Assembly: GCF_008831285.2 (NCBI RefSeq)
Contig: NC_045138.2
Location: 20,522,001-20,586,000 of the forward strand
DNA length: 64,000 nt
Source of the DNA: Nymphaea colorata
Lineage: Eukaryota
Direction: 5' to 3'
Part shown: piece after piece, positions 24,152 through 37,639 of the stretch
How the letters are laid out: every line of letters begins with the position of its first letter
How positions within the stretch are numbered: the first letter of the stretch is position 1
Program-made: the position numbers and the translations under genes
Notes under the pieces: model-generated
Databases searched by the model: none
What the model saw: only the letters and a program-made list of their open reading frames with translations
Told to the model about the DNA's origin: nothing

Positions 24152-27100
24152 GCCATGTCCTTAGTTCGAATCTTAGAGAGTGCTATCCCATAGTATTGAG
24201 GAGTATTGATTTTTGTACTAAGGGCACCATTATGACGGCCAAGTGGACTGGTTCTTATCCTCAATCTGTCTCTTTGGCTAGAGAATATCACTCTCCTGTC
24301 TGATGAAACTTATCGGGAGGCGCTCTTTACACATGCCCGGATCAAAGCTGTCTGATGAATATATATATATATATATGTGTGTGTGAGACTCTATTCCAAT
24401 TCAAAGGTGGACAAAGAGAGAAGCTTCGGGGCGGGTGTGAGCTCTGGTATGCACACCAACAAGATTGGACCAGCTCATGTGGATTAGGCAAAAACCGGGT
24501 CCAAGGTGGGCCCGATCTGATCCACTTTCACTCTTCTCCCAGCGCTTGACCCTATCCAGAGAACCGGCGGTGTTGCTTAGACGGCCTAACCCGACGTAAT
24601 GAACACGCCTTGATGCTTATCATCACCACGACCGCCCACCCACAATCACCGCCGCTATGACTTGTCGATGGCTTTGGCGGCTTCAAGCTGCATGGGGCCG
24701 GCGGCATCTTAGTTCCCACTTCTTGACTTTAACGTGATCATTAGATTCAAAGAACGAGTGAAAATTATTTAGCAGGCCACAAATTCAAGCACCTTTTTTG
24801 CTTTGTTTTGTTTTCTTGTGTTAATTTAATCTCTCATACTTATGGTCGCCTAATTAAAAATGTCGCTCCAATGAGGATCCGGTGCGCAGGTCTCAGCTAC
24901 GCCTACGTTTAGGTCGGTGCCAAGTTTATCGAACCTAACCTAATTAAGTGGTTGATCGAACTTTATGGTATTTAGCGTAGCTGGTTGGGCTAGCGACCGT
25001 TTAAAGATGAGTTTTTAATTCAATTCTTCGAAGCATGAACTTATTGTATAAGTGAAAGCAGCATAGGCTCTAGAGGTAAAGATGCTAGTTTTGTAGTTTT
25101 ACACTGTCAAACATGCCATAATGTCTCTTCACCCAAGTTCCGTTTCCTCTGGTAAGAACAAAAAAAAAAAAAAAAACACTAAGGTTGCATTTGATGGTCT
25201 CAAATTAAAAAGTGTGCTTTTAGAAGCTCCCCGGTTCGTTTACATAGATGATCTCAGTAATATGGATCTTAAATCCACGTTACATGTTAAAAACAATGGA
25301 TATAAGGTGGAATGTAAAAGAGTCTCACCTTAAATCCGCAAATTTGCGATCCTAATAAAGTTTAATTGGTCTCAAATCAGGGGCGGAGCTAGGAACTTTT
25401 TTGCTAGGAGGCAGACCTTTAGTTTCAAAATTTTAACAGGGGCCAACAATTCTTGTGCCTATCAAATGTAGGATTCTAAATTTTTGTTAGAAAACAAAGA
25501 TCTAAAATCTTCCAACTGAAAATCCTGAGATAATCTTGGATCTTAAAAAGGACATTTCAGTAGAAACATCAATACCGAACTCCATACTAAGCTTGGAGCA
25601 GATTCATGATATACTATGTTCTAGTATTGCTTAAATCTATTTTTGTTTGGATAGGGACGATTCAATGTGATTATATATGAGTTCCTTCTGTTGCCTTAAA
25701 TTTCTTGAGCTTTCCCCTAATGTCTTGTTTTTCTCTAAGTATTGCCGTTCAACTTTAGTAGCTGGTTCATGAGCGATCCACCTAATTCATGGCGTCTAGC
25801 GAAAGGTAGTTCAGCTCAAGAATTTCGATCTAGATCCAGATCCAACTGAGTTAGTTGAAACTCAAAGAAGCACAAGGTCTATTACAAGCTATCGAATTGA
25901 ATCCGGATACAGAACTCTTTGAAGTCTGAAAAAAAGGGATGGTTCGGCTAATGTTTCAGTAATATACCGTTCCACGAACCATCCCGAAGATTATTGGATC
26001 AAGATTTGATTCTGTGGAACCAACCCACTACAGAGTCTGCATTGAGCCATTCTTGGCCAACAACTCTTTGGATACAAGACCCGTTACCCGAATTTATTCC
26101 TTTTCTCTACTTAGGAAAGTAGATAGCAGGAAGGTAAACCGGGTTTCCAGAGTACCATAAGTCCATAATAGTTCTTGTGCCAGACTCGGGTCCTTGGTTT
26201 AGGTTACAAACAGATCCAACCTATTCGAAGCCCCCACCAGTTCCAATACGAATAATTTATTTCTCGCTTAGTCCTTTTCCCCCGAAAACATTACAACTGA
26301 AGAAAACTTTGCGGCTTCAATGGATCCATTTCTAGTTTCACAAACCACGTTGGATTTGAACCCTTACCCAGATCCAAATCAAAAAGAAAGGAGAAAACCT
26401 GGTAGAGTTTATGGTCAAAATCAGGCTCAAAAGTAGGCCAACCCATTCTCTCCCTATTAATTAATTAATTAATTAAATTAAATTAATTCTTTGCCTTTTA
26501 TTTAATACAATAAAAAAAATCTTGCTTTTGACATCTCATCACTACTATCTGGCCACATCCTTTTTTTTTTCCTCCTATTCAAGATCACATCACACGCCTT
26601 CTTATCTTAAATCTCAGTTTCTTAATTGCATAAAATATTGCCAACAAAAACCGAACAACTACTATATATATATATATATAGTTGAAAGTTGAAACTAATT
26701 ATTTGATATTCTTGATAAAAAATTCACAAATTTTAGAGGTGCCCCCACTTTCATGTTGGCAAATAATGCCTTTTGTCTTATATGCTAAGAAAGCTTGATT
26801 ATTTTTTTAACTTTTGGAATAAGATACATAACTTCTTATCCTGGACAAGAATATTCTAACAGACAATGTTTGATATACCTCTCATCCTTGACAAGAATAT
26901 TCTGACAACGGTAGAGATACCTGAAGTGCTCAGGCTAAGTATCGTTGTCTTTGTTAGAAACCATAACATACAACGTACTTCGATCATGAATCTGATTTAT
27001 GTGTTATGCTACCAACACAGGAACCAGTGATCACATATGTATTTTTATAATTTGGTCAAGCAACCTTGTTCCAAAATTAATATATTAAATGACGCCAAGT

Positions 27101-28699
27101 GGACACTAGAAGGCACCACACACCAAATACAGTTGGCTGTCTACGCTATCTAAAATAAATAAACTAATTTCATCAAGAGAAAATATTCAATTATCCAAAA
27201 ATATATCATTTTTTAGATAATAAATTTAGAAAAATAAGCTGAGCCTCTTATAAGTATGTAAATCTTTCTTTTCAAAATTTCTTGCATTTGACACCGTTTT
27301 CCACTCTGCATGCGACGACTTTACATTCAAGTTACTTGGTCTCCTTCACGAAGATTTGTTATATATATATATATATATATATATAAACAAAAGCTGGTCA
27401 TCGCTGGTGTCATAGTGTACCAACTCCATTTGGTTGGGATAAGCCCGATTAATATCTCAAACATTACATAAATTAGATTATGATATAAAATAAATTATAA
27501 AAAATTATGTATACCAGCCAACACGTGCGCATTTTCGAGAAATATTACGCACATGTGCCATGCAAAAAAAAAAAAAAAAAAATCCAACAGCTCTTGCCAG
27601 TCAAAATCTAGGGTTAGAAAAGTATATGCTTAGACCATGTCCTTGACTTTCTAAGAGTGAATTGCATCTGTGGTCAAGATTTTATCTCTTTTGGTTAATC
27701 CTTATTTAATTATGAACTAATACATCGAGCAATTCTCGCCCACTAATCAAGGCATGGTTGGTGAGCCCTATGTATTTTAGCCTCTATCAAGCTTCCTTCA
27801 ATTTGAACCGAGCCTAAGATCGAGCCCACGCAAGTCAACGACCATGCTAGAGAGACCAATTTCCTTATTGTTAATGCAATGCCCAACAAGAATTTAATGT
27901 GCTGTAGCAGGTTGGGTTAGTTATTGGTTCAATTTTTATGAGAGTCAACCCCTTGTGAAAGCTTAGTGAAATGTAGGCCCTTGGGACAGCAGAGTTTCAC
28001 ACAGGCAAGGGACAAAGTCTCTTGGCTTGAGTATAGTTTCTTGGTGACCTTGAAAAAACTCAATAAAAATTTAAAACAAGAGACTTAAAATCTTAGGAAA
28101 TTTTAAAAATGTAAAAACGATTATCTAGCGGGTTAGTTTAAAGGTAAATTTAAATTAGAGAGATCATTTTCCATGTGCAGACGCCTTGACGGTTTCAATG
28201 GCTTGAATGTGTTTTGAGTGCATTTGACTGCATGTACAGCTGGAGTTTGTTCCGAAACCGAAAGTAAAGTTAGAGGTGGGTGAGTGAGAGACAATAATTC
28301 AAGGGCTGCACAAAAAAGTTATATAAAATTTTGTATAAAAGTGAGTTCCCATCTTTAGGAGCTTTTTGGCAACAGTAACATTTTGTTACTAACTCATGAA
28401 CCTAAGGTAGATTCATATGACACTATTTTAACTTTTCCAAAAATTTAGTCCATTTTCCTAAGGAAGTCTCCTGGGACAGTGATGATGTGTTATTGTTATT
28501 CGGAGATTGTTTGACAATTGGAATACTATATGAATGTTCAATAAATGTACTTCAAAAGATTGAAACAAATTCATAGAATACTAAAATTAACTAGGTATTC
28601 ATGGACATGCTATAATCTTTGGAGTAGATTTATGAAGCACTCACAAAACATTCTATGTACCAATCGACCCCTTGGGAAAATTGTAAACAAGGATTACAG

Positions 28700-29030
28700 T
28701 CAAGACAACCTGAGGGGCAGTAAAAAACTGAATGGGGGTTAGGAAGAGGTGAAAATTTGCGAAAACAAACCAAAGGAGAGGTGATCAAAGCAAAGATAGC
28801 GGGAATTGGGCAGGAAAACCGGTTGCCAATGTCTAGAAGAGTAAGGAAATGGGGAAAGCTTGACCCTTGGCTCCATTGGATGTTGGTTCCATTAAGAACC
28901 GAGTTGTAGAGATGAAAGTTTTCGCCTGGAACATTAGGGGGCTAGTTAGGGAACAAGGCGTGAGTTGGAGGACAAGGCATAAGAACCATGCCTTTACTTC
29001 AAACGTTGCGTCGAGTGAATTGGAGGCCTA
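28700..29030 (+). mobile_element. LINE fragment including the start of the ORF2 endonuclease
   Basis: ATG at 28912 reads MKVFAWNIRGL, the typical plant L1 ORF2 N-terminus (MKILSWNxRGL), preceded by purine-rich sequence. The frame decays shortly afterwards. Confidence 0.6.
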
Positions 29031-31599
29031 ATGATGTGATGATAATAATAAAGAACGTTTGTAGATCTAGATTCTTATTGGATGTATGAATTTGTCGTTG
29101 AATACTCAATATGCAATTTCTGGAGTCTATATACATGGTCCAATAGCTGGATGAGAGATGATCAGACTCGGGAATGGTAGGAAGTGATAGTAGGCGTGTT
29201 TCTTTTTTTTGTTTTTTCCATTTAAAAGTTGTTCCAAGACACTTCAAAACATAATATGTAGGTCTCTAGTTTGATTTTACAATAGGTATTACAACTCTGA
29301 AACATAATACTTAAGTTGAAAGGTACACCATTGCCATTGATAGCACTGGCAACGTTGCTCAGGACTCAGAGGCAGGTCTTCGGTCTTTAGGTCCCTTTTA
29401 GGCGGAAGGTTATTAACCTCTCACTCACTCTAAAAGTTCTCCCAAGTCCATTTATAATGCTTTACAGGATTGAAAGGAGGAACATTGACTATTGGGAGAA
29501 AAACTTTTCTAGATTTTGTTGGACTTTGCATCGGGAATGTGAAATTGTGATGAGAAATAGTTGGAACAGCCCATGTTTAGTCTGCTCAACAAGTTGCAGA
29601 GTACATGCATGCACACAAGCCCGTGCATGGAATATGTGTGTGCGTGCGTGTGTGGCTAGCATATTCTACATGCAAAGGAAGTGTGAGGGGAAAATGACAG
29701 GCTGCATTCTCCAATATAAAAGGGGCCAGCTCTCTTGCCTTGCGGGATTGGACGACAGTCCCTCGGCGTCCCAACAAAAAGTGGGGGATAAAGATCATTC
29801 CCTACTTGTAACGTGGCAGTTCTCTCTCCCTTATAGCTTTTTCACTTTTTTTCTCCACAACCAACATGTTCTCTGTCTCTAGTCATACCAGTCACAAAAC
29901 GATAGTAGAATGTATACCACGTCTAAATCATATACAAGTCACTGTACCAACTATACCTTCGAATAATCTCATTTCACAGTGGACAAAACTTGGTTAGAGT
30001 ATAAAATAATAGCAAATTACAAAAACATAATAGCAGATAGGGTTGGTGCCACAAAAAGGATGATCACTGGTAGGCAGTCAGTCTGTTTATATGAAATTTA
30101 CATGAAGTACAGAGAAGACATCAACCCAAGATACCAAAAGCAAGCTTCCTATCCTCCCAGTAAGAGAGGCAAGGTAGGAGATTAGGTTCTCAATGGGTGG
30201 AATAAAACACTTCTCCTGCATACTCAAAAATTACAAAAAGTTTCGTAGAAATTTGAGTTGATAATAAGTTTGATTTGAAAGCCAAAAGTTTGATGTTGTG
30301 TCGCCACCTTGGCACAATGCCGTGGAGGTCTGCCATACACCAATTTTTGTTGGTTCCCGAAGAAAAGGAAAGAAGAAAAGGAAATGTTAATTGCTCCAAT
30401 AGTTTGCTGTGAAACTTGTCGATACTGTTGTCTCCTTGTGCTTTTGTCATCCTTCATCTTTTTCATCTTTTTTTCACGATAAAAGCAAAACCCCTTGGCC
30501 AATAGGAGGTGCCCCTCTTTGCAACAAGCATTGCTTTCTTTTATCTCCAATGTAGGGCCACAGCAATAGAAGCGCCTAAGAACTGAAAAAAATATCCCCA
30601 TCCTTTGTTTCGTGAGCAACTGAACTTTTTATTTAAAAAGAAAAGAATGACAGTTATCCGTTACAGGTAGATGTCTAACACATAAAAAGATTATAATGGA
30701 CCACCCATTTGAGCATTAAAGCCGTAGAAGCCCTACCATATGCTTTGGATTTGGGATAATTAAAATATAAAGTTGGAGAAGTTTAAGAGTGGCCTTTAAT
30801 AAGACCAGGTTATGAAAACCGGATTTTAATAAAACCCAGTTTTGACGTCATCCAAAACACATCTAAAATGACATTTTGAAGGAAAAACATCTATAACCAG
30901 GTTTTGGGCTGTCATCCAAAGTCTCCCTAGAAGCTCAACCTTTTGAAGTATGCCAATCACTGCAAAAATTGGCTTGAATTGATTAATTTGAATCCATAGT
31001 GGCAAATTGACAATCCTTTGGCTAACATACATGAGGATATTTATTCAAGTGGGTTATAATTTCGAAAAGAAGTCTCAAATTATATTTAATTTATTACACA
31101 AGTTTCTTTTTACAGAAACTGCCGAATGAGGGCCCAAACTATGCCCTTGCCCATGATCGAAGCTGGATGCACTTAAGGAGGTGGGATGAGGGCTAGCTCA
31201 TTCTCACCTATTTAGAATAGAAGATCGACCATGTCAATCAAAACAATGGAAAGGGTCTTTCTTGTAAATTAGAAGTGAAAAAAAAAGAATAAACTTGAAA
31301 AGATAATATATATGAAAAAATTATGTAAACTTTTACATGTTTAAAGAACATGAAATTTAGCTTGAGGCCCCTATTCGGATGACGACAGAAGGCATAAGAA
31401 CAAGTCCATAGAAACTCCATATTTTCTACCTGTGTTGCTTAAAATGCTGCGTGTACATTATCAGCCAATGTGGATCACACATTGGCCCCTTGCTGATACG
31501 CTACCGACCCGTTTAGGTTTATTTTTATATTTTTAACTTTAAAATAAATTTAAATTGTGTACAATATTCACAAAAAATAAAAAATTGAGTGGCACAGGC

Positions 31600-31885
31600 T
31601 GGCACATAACGACAGCTCGAGTTCGTTTCTGTAAAGCTCTTGTCACTTGATTCATATATTGTATTTTTTTTTTGTTAAACAAAAAGGAAAACAACAAAAA
31701 GAACGTCCAAATATGTTTAAAATTACCAACATACCGTTAAAGATTAACAAACAGGAAAGGCATGAGCTGAATCAAATGAAGCCCATGTAACTCGAACTCG
31801 ACTCGTCTATAATTCGAGCATTAACTCAAGCTCGAACTCGACTAGTTTATCACACCGAGTCGACTTGACCCATTGTACATCCCTG
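31600..31885. mobile_element. Partial hAT-type MITE, same family as 32516-32903
   Basis: AACTCGAACTCGACTCG repeats, ends TGTACATCCCTG, shares the internal AAATTACCAACAT..AACAAAC segment. Confidence 0.6.
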
Positions 31886-31969
31886 CCAACGTATGACATT
31901 GCTTTGAACACTAGAATCTGGACAGTGATCTGCTGTTGATAAGTAATGGCCTACCAATGGCTTCTTCTC

Positions 31970-32450
31970 CAGGCAGAGGCCATTATCCGGCTGCCTTTTC
32001 AGATGTGACACGAAGCTTGTTTTGCTTTGCTCTAACTCAATTGCGTCCCAGTTGTATTATAAGTGGATAGGTTTCAATAATTGCACCTTCTCTCCCCACT
32101 CTACTAAAAAATGGATTATGACTTTGTTGTATATCTTCATATCTGTCAATGTCATGAAGCAACCAAAGAAGCGGATGACGGTAACAGCTAGTGTATCAAT
32201 TTCGGGTTCCTGTCAATCTAAATGTTTCTTGCACCACTGGAAGTTGTGGGCCTTAGAGTGGTGGAACTCAACCTTACTCCATAAATTTCCTCCTCTCCTT
32301 TCTCTAGTGAAGTCAATTCCAAAAAACTTGCAGCAGCAAGAAACATGTCTTCATGGGAGAAAACAGCTCAGAAATAGTTTGAGGCGACTTTACTGGTAAA
32401 CAAGTCAAGCAGCTGGTAGTTCCTCTCAAGAAAAACTTGTCTGTGCATGT
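31970..32450 (-). mobile_element. Decayed LINE zf-RVT region, copy B
   Basis: Minus strand, across frameshifts: DKFFLRGTTS..FTSKVASNY (cf. DxxxWxxxxSGxFSVKSAY), LWSK...KAHNFQW...RLTGTRN, WLLHDIDRYEDIQQ (cf. CxLCxxxxEdxxHL). Confidence 0.6.
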
Positions 32451-32515
32451 TTATAAGGGCTTGACTGGACTCATTCAGTTGTTTTATATAAAGAGAGAAA
32501 CGGATGAGTCGGTGG

Positions 32516-32903
32516 TAGGAATGTAGAACTAGCGAACCGAGCTCGAGCTTTATGATGTGAGCTCGATTTGGACTTGGTAAACCGAGTACGAGCTCATACT
32601 CGACTTGTTTAAGCTTGTGTCACGTGATTCACATACATATATTTTTAAATGAAAATGAAAGCCATTTAAAAGAGTGTTAAAATTCCCTAAAAATTACCAA
32701 CATGCCCACAAAGATGAACAAACGAGCCGAGTCAAGTTTAAACAAGTCGAGTTTGAGCGAGTTTAAACAAGTCATGCTCGTGTAACTCGAATTCAACTCT
32801 TTTATAACTTGAGTTTTAACTTAGGTTTGAGCTTGAGTTGTTTAATCTTACAGGAGCGAGTTCAAGTTGAGTCTGAGTTGGGTCGACTTGTTCTACATCC
32901 TTA
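32516..32903. mobile_element. hAT-type MITE (CGAGCTCG-rich subterminal repeats)
   Basis: TIR TAGGAATGTAGAAC / GTTCTACATCCTTA, 8-bp TSD GTCGGTGG/GTTGGTGG. Confidence 0.8.
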
Positions 32904-33556
32904 GTTGGTGGCAGAATTCTGGGTGCTAGAGTCATCATGAATGGTCTTGACTATTGAATTTTGTCATTACTGGCTGTTGAGAAGGTTGTGAATTAATACT
33001 AGATGACTAAAATGTTTTCTCTTCTTTTTCTTCTCATAACACTCATAATGTCAAGCATCTCTAGCATGTGATTAGCAACAGTGAAAAGGCTCGAGAGTGC
33101 CAAAGTTTCCTGCACTCAGGGGAAAGTGCATCTCATTGCTGGAGCTGTTCAAACTAATTTCCAATGGCGTGCTATTATTCAGTAGCGCTTGACTCCCTTG
33201 TGCTATTGAACTGAGTTTTTTTAGCTCCAGAGCTCTCCCATTCTCTTGCAGGGTCTGTCAATTCTCCTTGTGAACTAAACCAATGACCAAGATTAAGTAT
33301 TCATGATATGAGGAAATGAGGACCTTGACTATCCATAATCACCCAGCTTACTCATAACGGCCATTTGCTCCTCCGTTGTAATAAATGGTTAAGAGAAAAA
33401 CACGAAAAAAAGTGTGAACTAGTATAAAATTATAAAAATGACATCAATTTTTTCTTCTTGTTTTCTTACAAACATGTCACAGTAGATCAAAGGGCCCTCA
33501 TGTGATGACTATGGATAACAAAGTTACTATGTATATATTATCAAATGTGTTGTTTA

Positions 33557-33722
33557 CACTACAAAAAAAGATAGTTTCACCTGCATGTGAAAAACAAAAC
33601 GTAGGTGAAACTTGACTTTTATCGACGTTTGGGGCTAAATGTTAGTAAAAGCATCATCGAGGCTTGTCTTTTTTCACTGACATTTCCTGGCCATCGGTAA
33701 TGCTTAGTTTTTTTTTGTAGTG
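33557..33722. mobile_element. CACTA (En/Spm) non-autonomous element
   Basis: TIR CACTACAAAAAAA / TTTTTTTGTAGTG with 3-bp TSD TTA/TTA. Confidence 0.85.
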
Positions 33723-35025
33723 TTAGTATGTTCTATGACATTGATAATATATATTTTTTATCTATAGATTGGACGACATACATGTTTTTAGAGTGCTAAA
33801 AAATATAAGATTCAAAATAATCATAAATTTTCAATGTCAAATTTTATGGGCCACATATACAGCATTTTTAAATTGTCTAACAACACATAAGAAAGCTTGT
33901 CATTGCCTTAATTTAACATTTAAATTGAACACACAGATTCATTGACTTGAGACACCGCAGGCACAGACGTACCAAGAGAATAGATTAATCAATCACACAT
34001 GGGAATGATTTTTCCAAACCCATCACTCTCACTTTCCCTCTCCCTCTTTTTTGTTTTAGGCCGAATTGCTTTCTTCTAGGAGCTGCTTTGAAAGGTAGAT
34101 GTGATATGAACATGGCATCTGGAATCATTCTTCGCTTATCATTTCCCCACGAAAATTGATGTTTGGAGGTACTTTACGCCAGCGATGATTAGTGGTGAAC
34201 ATCATTTTCACCACCCACTGGAGCAAGCGACCGATTCAGCTTGTGTTTGTCCAATACGACACTCTTTCTACAGTCTCATAAAATAGAAATTCGACCATGA
34301 ATGAATTTTACATGTTCCAAAAAAAAAAAAAAAATTTCATTGTGTGGATAAGATTTATAGAGATTTTTCTGAGCAATAGTCCTTGTCGTAAAATTCAATT
34401 TACACAATATTGAAATGAAAGATATTATAAGTTTTCTTGCTCATGTAATCGAGCCATTAAAGTAATTCTCATCAATATATATATATATATATATATATAT
34501 TCCCTTACTTGGTACCCTCGAAAACCTCTGTCTATATTGGCATTCCGAATCACAGGAGGATAGGGCCTCCAACCCTTTTGTTAAAACATAAGCAAAAAAA
34601 TTGTTATACATCATTCAAGAATTGCATCAAAATATATACAAAATTTACATAAAGGCTGGCATAGAAATGGTATCAAAACTTGGGTTGATCTAGAGAATGC
34701 AACACCTGTTGCTAAAAACATTGATATTTACACGGTAACGTTGGAAAACACCTCTACTTTCAAAAGATATTTGAAGCCATCTAAGCCAAGTGTAAGATAT
34801 TTACGTCATTTTTGTCCATGGAAGATTGCAAAATCACATCAAGAAGGTAAGTTTCACTTTTGTCCCCAAGAAAGGATTTAACACCTGTCGCCATTCAATA
34901 ATCAATGAATGGTGTCATCTTAGCTCACTTTCAAAGGGTACGTGACATGGATAACATGTCATGCATATGGACTTATGCACAATTATACAGTTGCTTTTGC
35001 GTTAACAAAGTCGTATGAGAATAGT

Positions 35026-35203
35026 CAGGGGGTTTAGAATGGGCCCTAGCTCTACCACAACTTTTTTTTAAATTTATATATAAATTTTAGAAAATTTCAC
35101 TTGTCGTATATAAAAATTAAAAAAAAAAAGAAATATTTCAACTCCCCTCAAAATTTAGAAACTTTAATTCGACCCTCATGAAAAAATTCTGGCTCTACCC
35201 TTA
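35026..35203. mobile_element. CAGGGGCGGAGCC-type MITE
   Basis: CAGGGGG ... GGCTCTACCCTTA with the family core. Confidence 0.65.
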
Positions 35204-36397
35204 AAAATAATACTTAATCCTTAGATGGTGGAAGGTGTATGTCATCTGTGTTTGTGTTACGGATTAATGTGATAAAATCAGCCAGCATTTTGATTTTAAT
35301 TTGGCCAACATTTTGATTTTTGTAATCCTATTATGTTGGGTAAAATGCATCGACCAGAGGCAGAGCCAAGCTGCAGGTTTCTTTATTTTCAAATCAATAC
35401 CTTTAAATACTTGCTATGTTATGTACACGAGTGGTCTTTAATATATGAAAATCGCGAAGAGTGCGCCCTCGAGACAAGTTTTTGTAAATCTAATTTTCAA
35501 ACATGCTGACCTATGAAGGGCTTGTATTTTGCTATAATGCAATAAATAAACTCAAGTGATACTAGGTTGAAGCCATGACTAACGACACTTGGGAGAAGGA
35601 TCCTTTCTAAGCCTCATCATAACATTGTTGGATGTCGACGAATATATAAGATTAAGCCCTATGCGAATATATAATTCTAATTGTTTTTGTTCAAAGCGAT
35701 GCTGGTTTATAAGGGCTATAGTCTACGAGAAGGAATAAAATATTTGACATTTTCAGTCTTATGGTCAAACTTGCTACTATCAAACTGGTTTTAATTATCT
35801 ATTAAATAGTCAAATATGGTATATTCATCAACTTGATGTTAATAATACTTTTTTTACAAGACATTCATGACTTATCTTATAAGATAAGACATAACCATGG
35901 ATGTCACTAAAAAAATTGTCTAAGGTCTAAATTATGCAGTCTCCTAAAGTCACTTGATGGCACGTGGATTTCTAGAATTTCCAAATCTGACTGATCACTT
36001 TATTAGAAAGTCCTCCATTTCCAGTGCATACATTTTAATTTATATGGATGATATTATACTAAACAGCAGCTTGGTTCAAGAAGTGTAGGATCTTATCAAG
36101 GATATTGGTCAACATTTATCTATTCAACACTTGCAACATCTCTTGATCACAAGCTAAATCTGTGGTCAGCCTTAATGTCTCCAATACACCTCTCTCAAGA
36201 TATGAACAAACCAGGTTGACATATGCTAATTTATATCAAAGTCTTGTTACGGCGCTTCAGTTTGTAACTTTGTCCCGTCTAGGTATGGTTCATGCTTGAA
36301 CCAACAAAGCGCTCATTGGATTCATGTCAAGCGGATTCTATGGTATCTCCAACTCCAAGCTGGGACGGAGTCCCAGTCAAAAGTTTTTTGTTACAAG

Positions 36398-36593
36398 CAA
36401 GGGCGGAGCCAGGATTTTCTTCAAGGACGGGCCGACAGTCTGACTTCTGGATTCGGGTAGAGCCAAACTGAATTATAATACAAAAAATACATTACGTAAT
36501 TAAAAAATATTATTTTTTTCAATGTAAATTTTTTTTTTCATCGACTGGGGTGGAGCCATGGCCTAGGTGGGCCCCCCCTTCCCTCCGCCCCAG
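36398..36593. mobile_element. CAGGGGCGGAGCC-type MITE nested in another MITE (36360-36962)
   Basis: CAAGGGCGGAGCC ... CTCCGCCCCAG. Confidence 0.75.
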
Positions 36594-36706
36594 GGTCAAA
36601 CTATAGTTTTAAGTTTTTAAAAGGAACTAAAATATATTTTTTCAAATTTTTTTAAAATTTACATGTAAAATTTTAAATAATTAAAAATCTGGAGAGGGGC
36701 GATGGC

Positions 36707-36939
36707 TAAGGGTGGGCGTCGGGCCGAGCCACCGCTGGGCCGACCCGGTTCGGCCCGTTTAAGTTTAAAAAATATATATATTTTTTATTTTTTTTGTTTT
36801 AATAATATATATTTATTATTAATAAATATATATTATATTTAAAAACATTATTTTATGATTAAAAAATGTTTTTTATTTTTTAAACCGGCCGGATCGGGCC
36901 CGCCTTTACCGGGCCGGCCCGGCCCGATGCCCACCCCTA
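36707..36939. mobile_element. hAT-type MITE
   Basis: Terminal inverted repeats TAAGGGTGGGCGTCGGGCCG / CGGCCCGATGCCCACCCCTA, 8-bp target-site duplication GCGATGGC/GCTATGGC, AT-rich core. Confidence 0.85.
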
Positions 36940-37574
36940 GCTATGGCCCTTGCTGGCCCCTACCTCCAAGGCACTCTTTCACACAGTCTGAAGTCAGAAA
37001 ATCTCAAATTTGATTGGAACTATACTCTAATGCTAATTGGGTATCATTCCTAGATGATCATCCATCCACTAATGCTAACTGAGAGGTCATCCACTGTCTG
37101 CACCAAATTATTGAAACTGATTATCATTTTATGCAAAGAAGGTGGCTAAGAAGAAGGTTTGGATTAAATTTATCTCTTTCCATGAACAAATTATCGATAT
37201 TCTCACCTAGGTTTTTCCAGGAACACAATTACAATTGGTTGAAGGAAGAGCTCAACCTGATTAATACCCAGTTTTACTTAAAATGAGCATGTTAGATGCA
37301 AGACATTTTGATACTAAGCAATAAGAAACCATTATAACCCTTCATATTTCAAACCGATGGTAAAAAAACAAAACCCTTCATATTTCAAACCGATGGTAAA
37401 AAAACAAAAAGGTGTGAATCAGTACTAAATGACAAAATGTCCCATCACCTTTTTTTTTTTGTTTTCTTATGTGAAAAAAATGAGACACTATCATCTAAGT
37501 GCTTAGATTTTCTTTCTTTCTTTTTTTTCTCTCTTTCTTTTTCTCTCTCTTTTTATATACATATATACTCTTTC

Positions 37575-37639
<65 letters not shown>

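Larger units (their letters stand above)
13840..28200 (+). repeat. Segmental tandem duplication, copy A (homologous to 29650-52020)
   Basis: Collinear anchors A/B: 13884/29696, 14040/29792, 14161/29909, 15190-15710/31970-32450, 17240/37755, 17770-18270/39350-39810, 20980/41640, 22340/44950, 23383/45568, 24451/46627, 25760/49666, 26740/50208, 27430/51072, 27610/51227, 28012/51818. Confidence 0.9.
35540..37295 (+). mobile_element. Ty1/Copia retrotransposon RT-RNase H relic interrupted by nested MITEs
   Basis: Degenerate motifs in order: NIVGCRRIYKIK, FKAMLVYKGYS, IHQLDVNNTF, ILIYMDDIIL, YQSLVTALQFVTLSR, HWIHVKRILWYL, [MITEs 36360-36962], YSNANW..LDDHPST, IETDYHF, EQIIDILT. Confidence 0.85.

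Noticed and set aside
28825..28880. KLDPW coding potential resembling NAC exon 1 KFDPW at about the position expected for a lost paralogue
   Set aside because: Flanks do not align to NAC exon 1 (no PPGFRFHP trace), and the segment runs directly into a LINE ORF2 start.
32022..32399. 125-aa + strand ORF in a block shared by both duplicates
   Set aside because: The frame is not preserved in copy A, and the opposite strand carries LINE zf-RVT-like motifs that explain the sequence.
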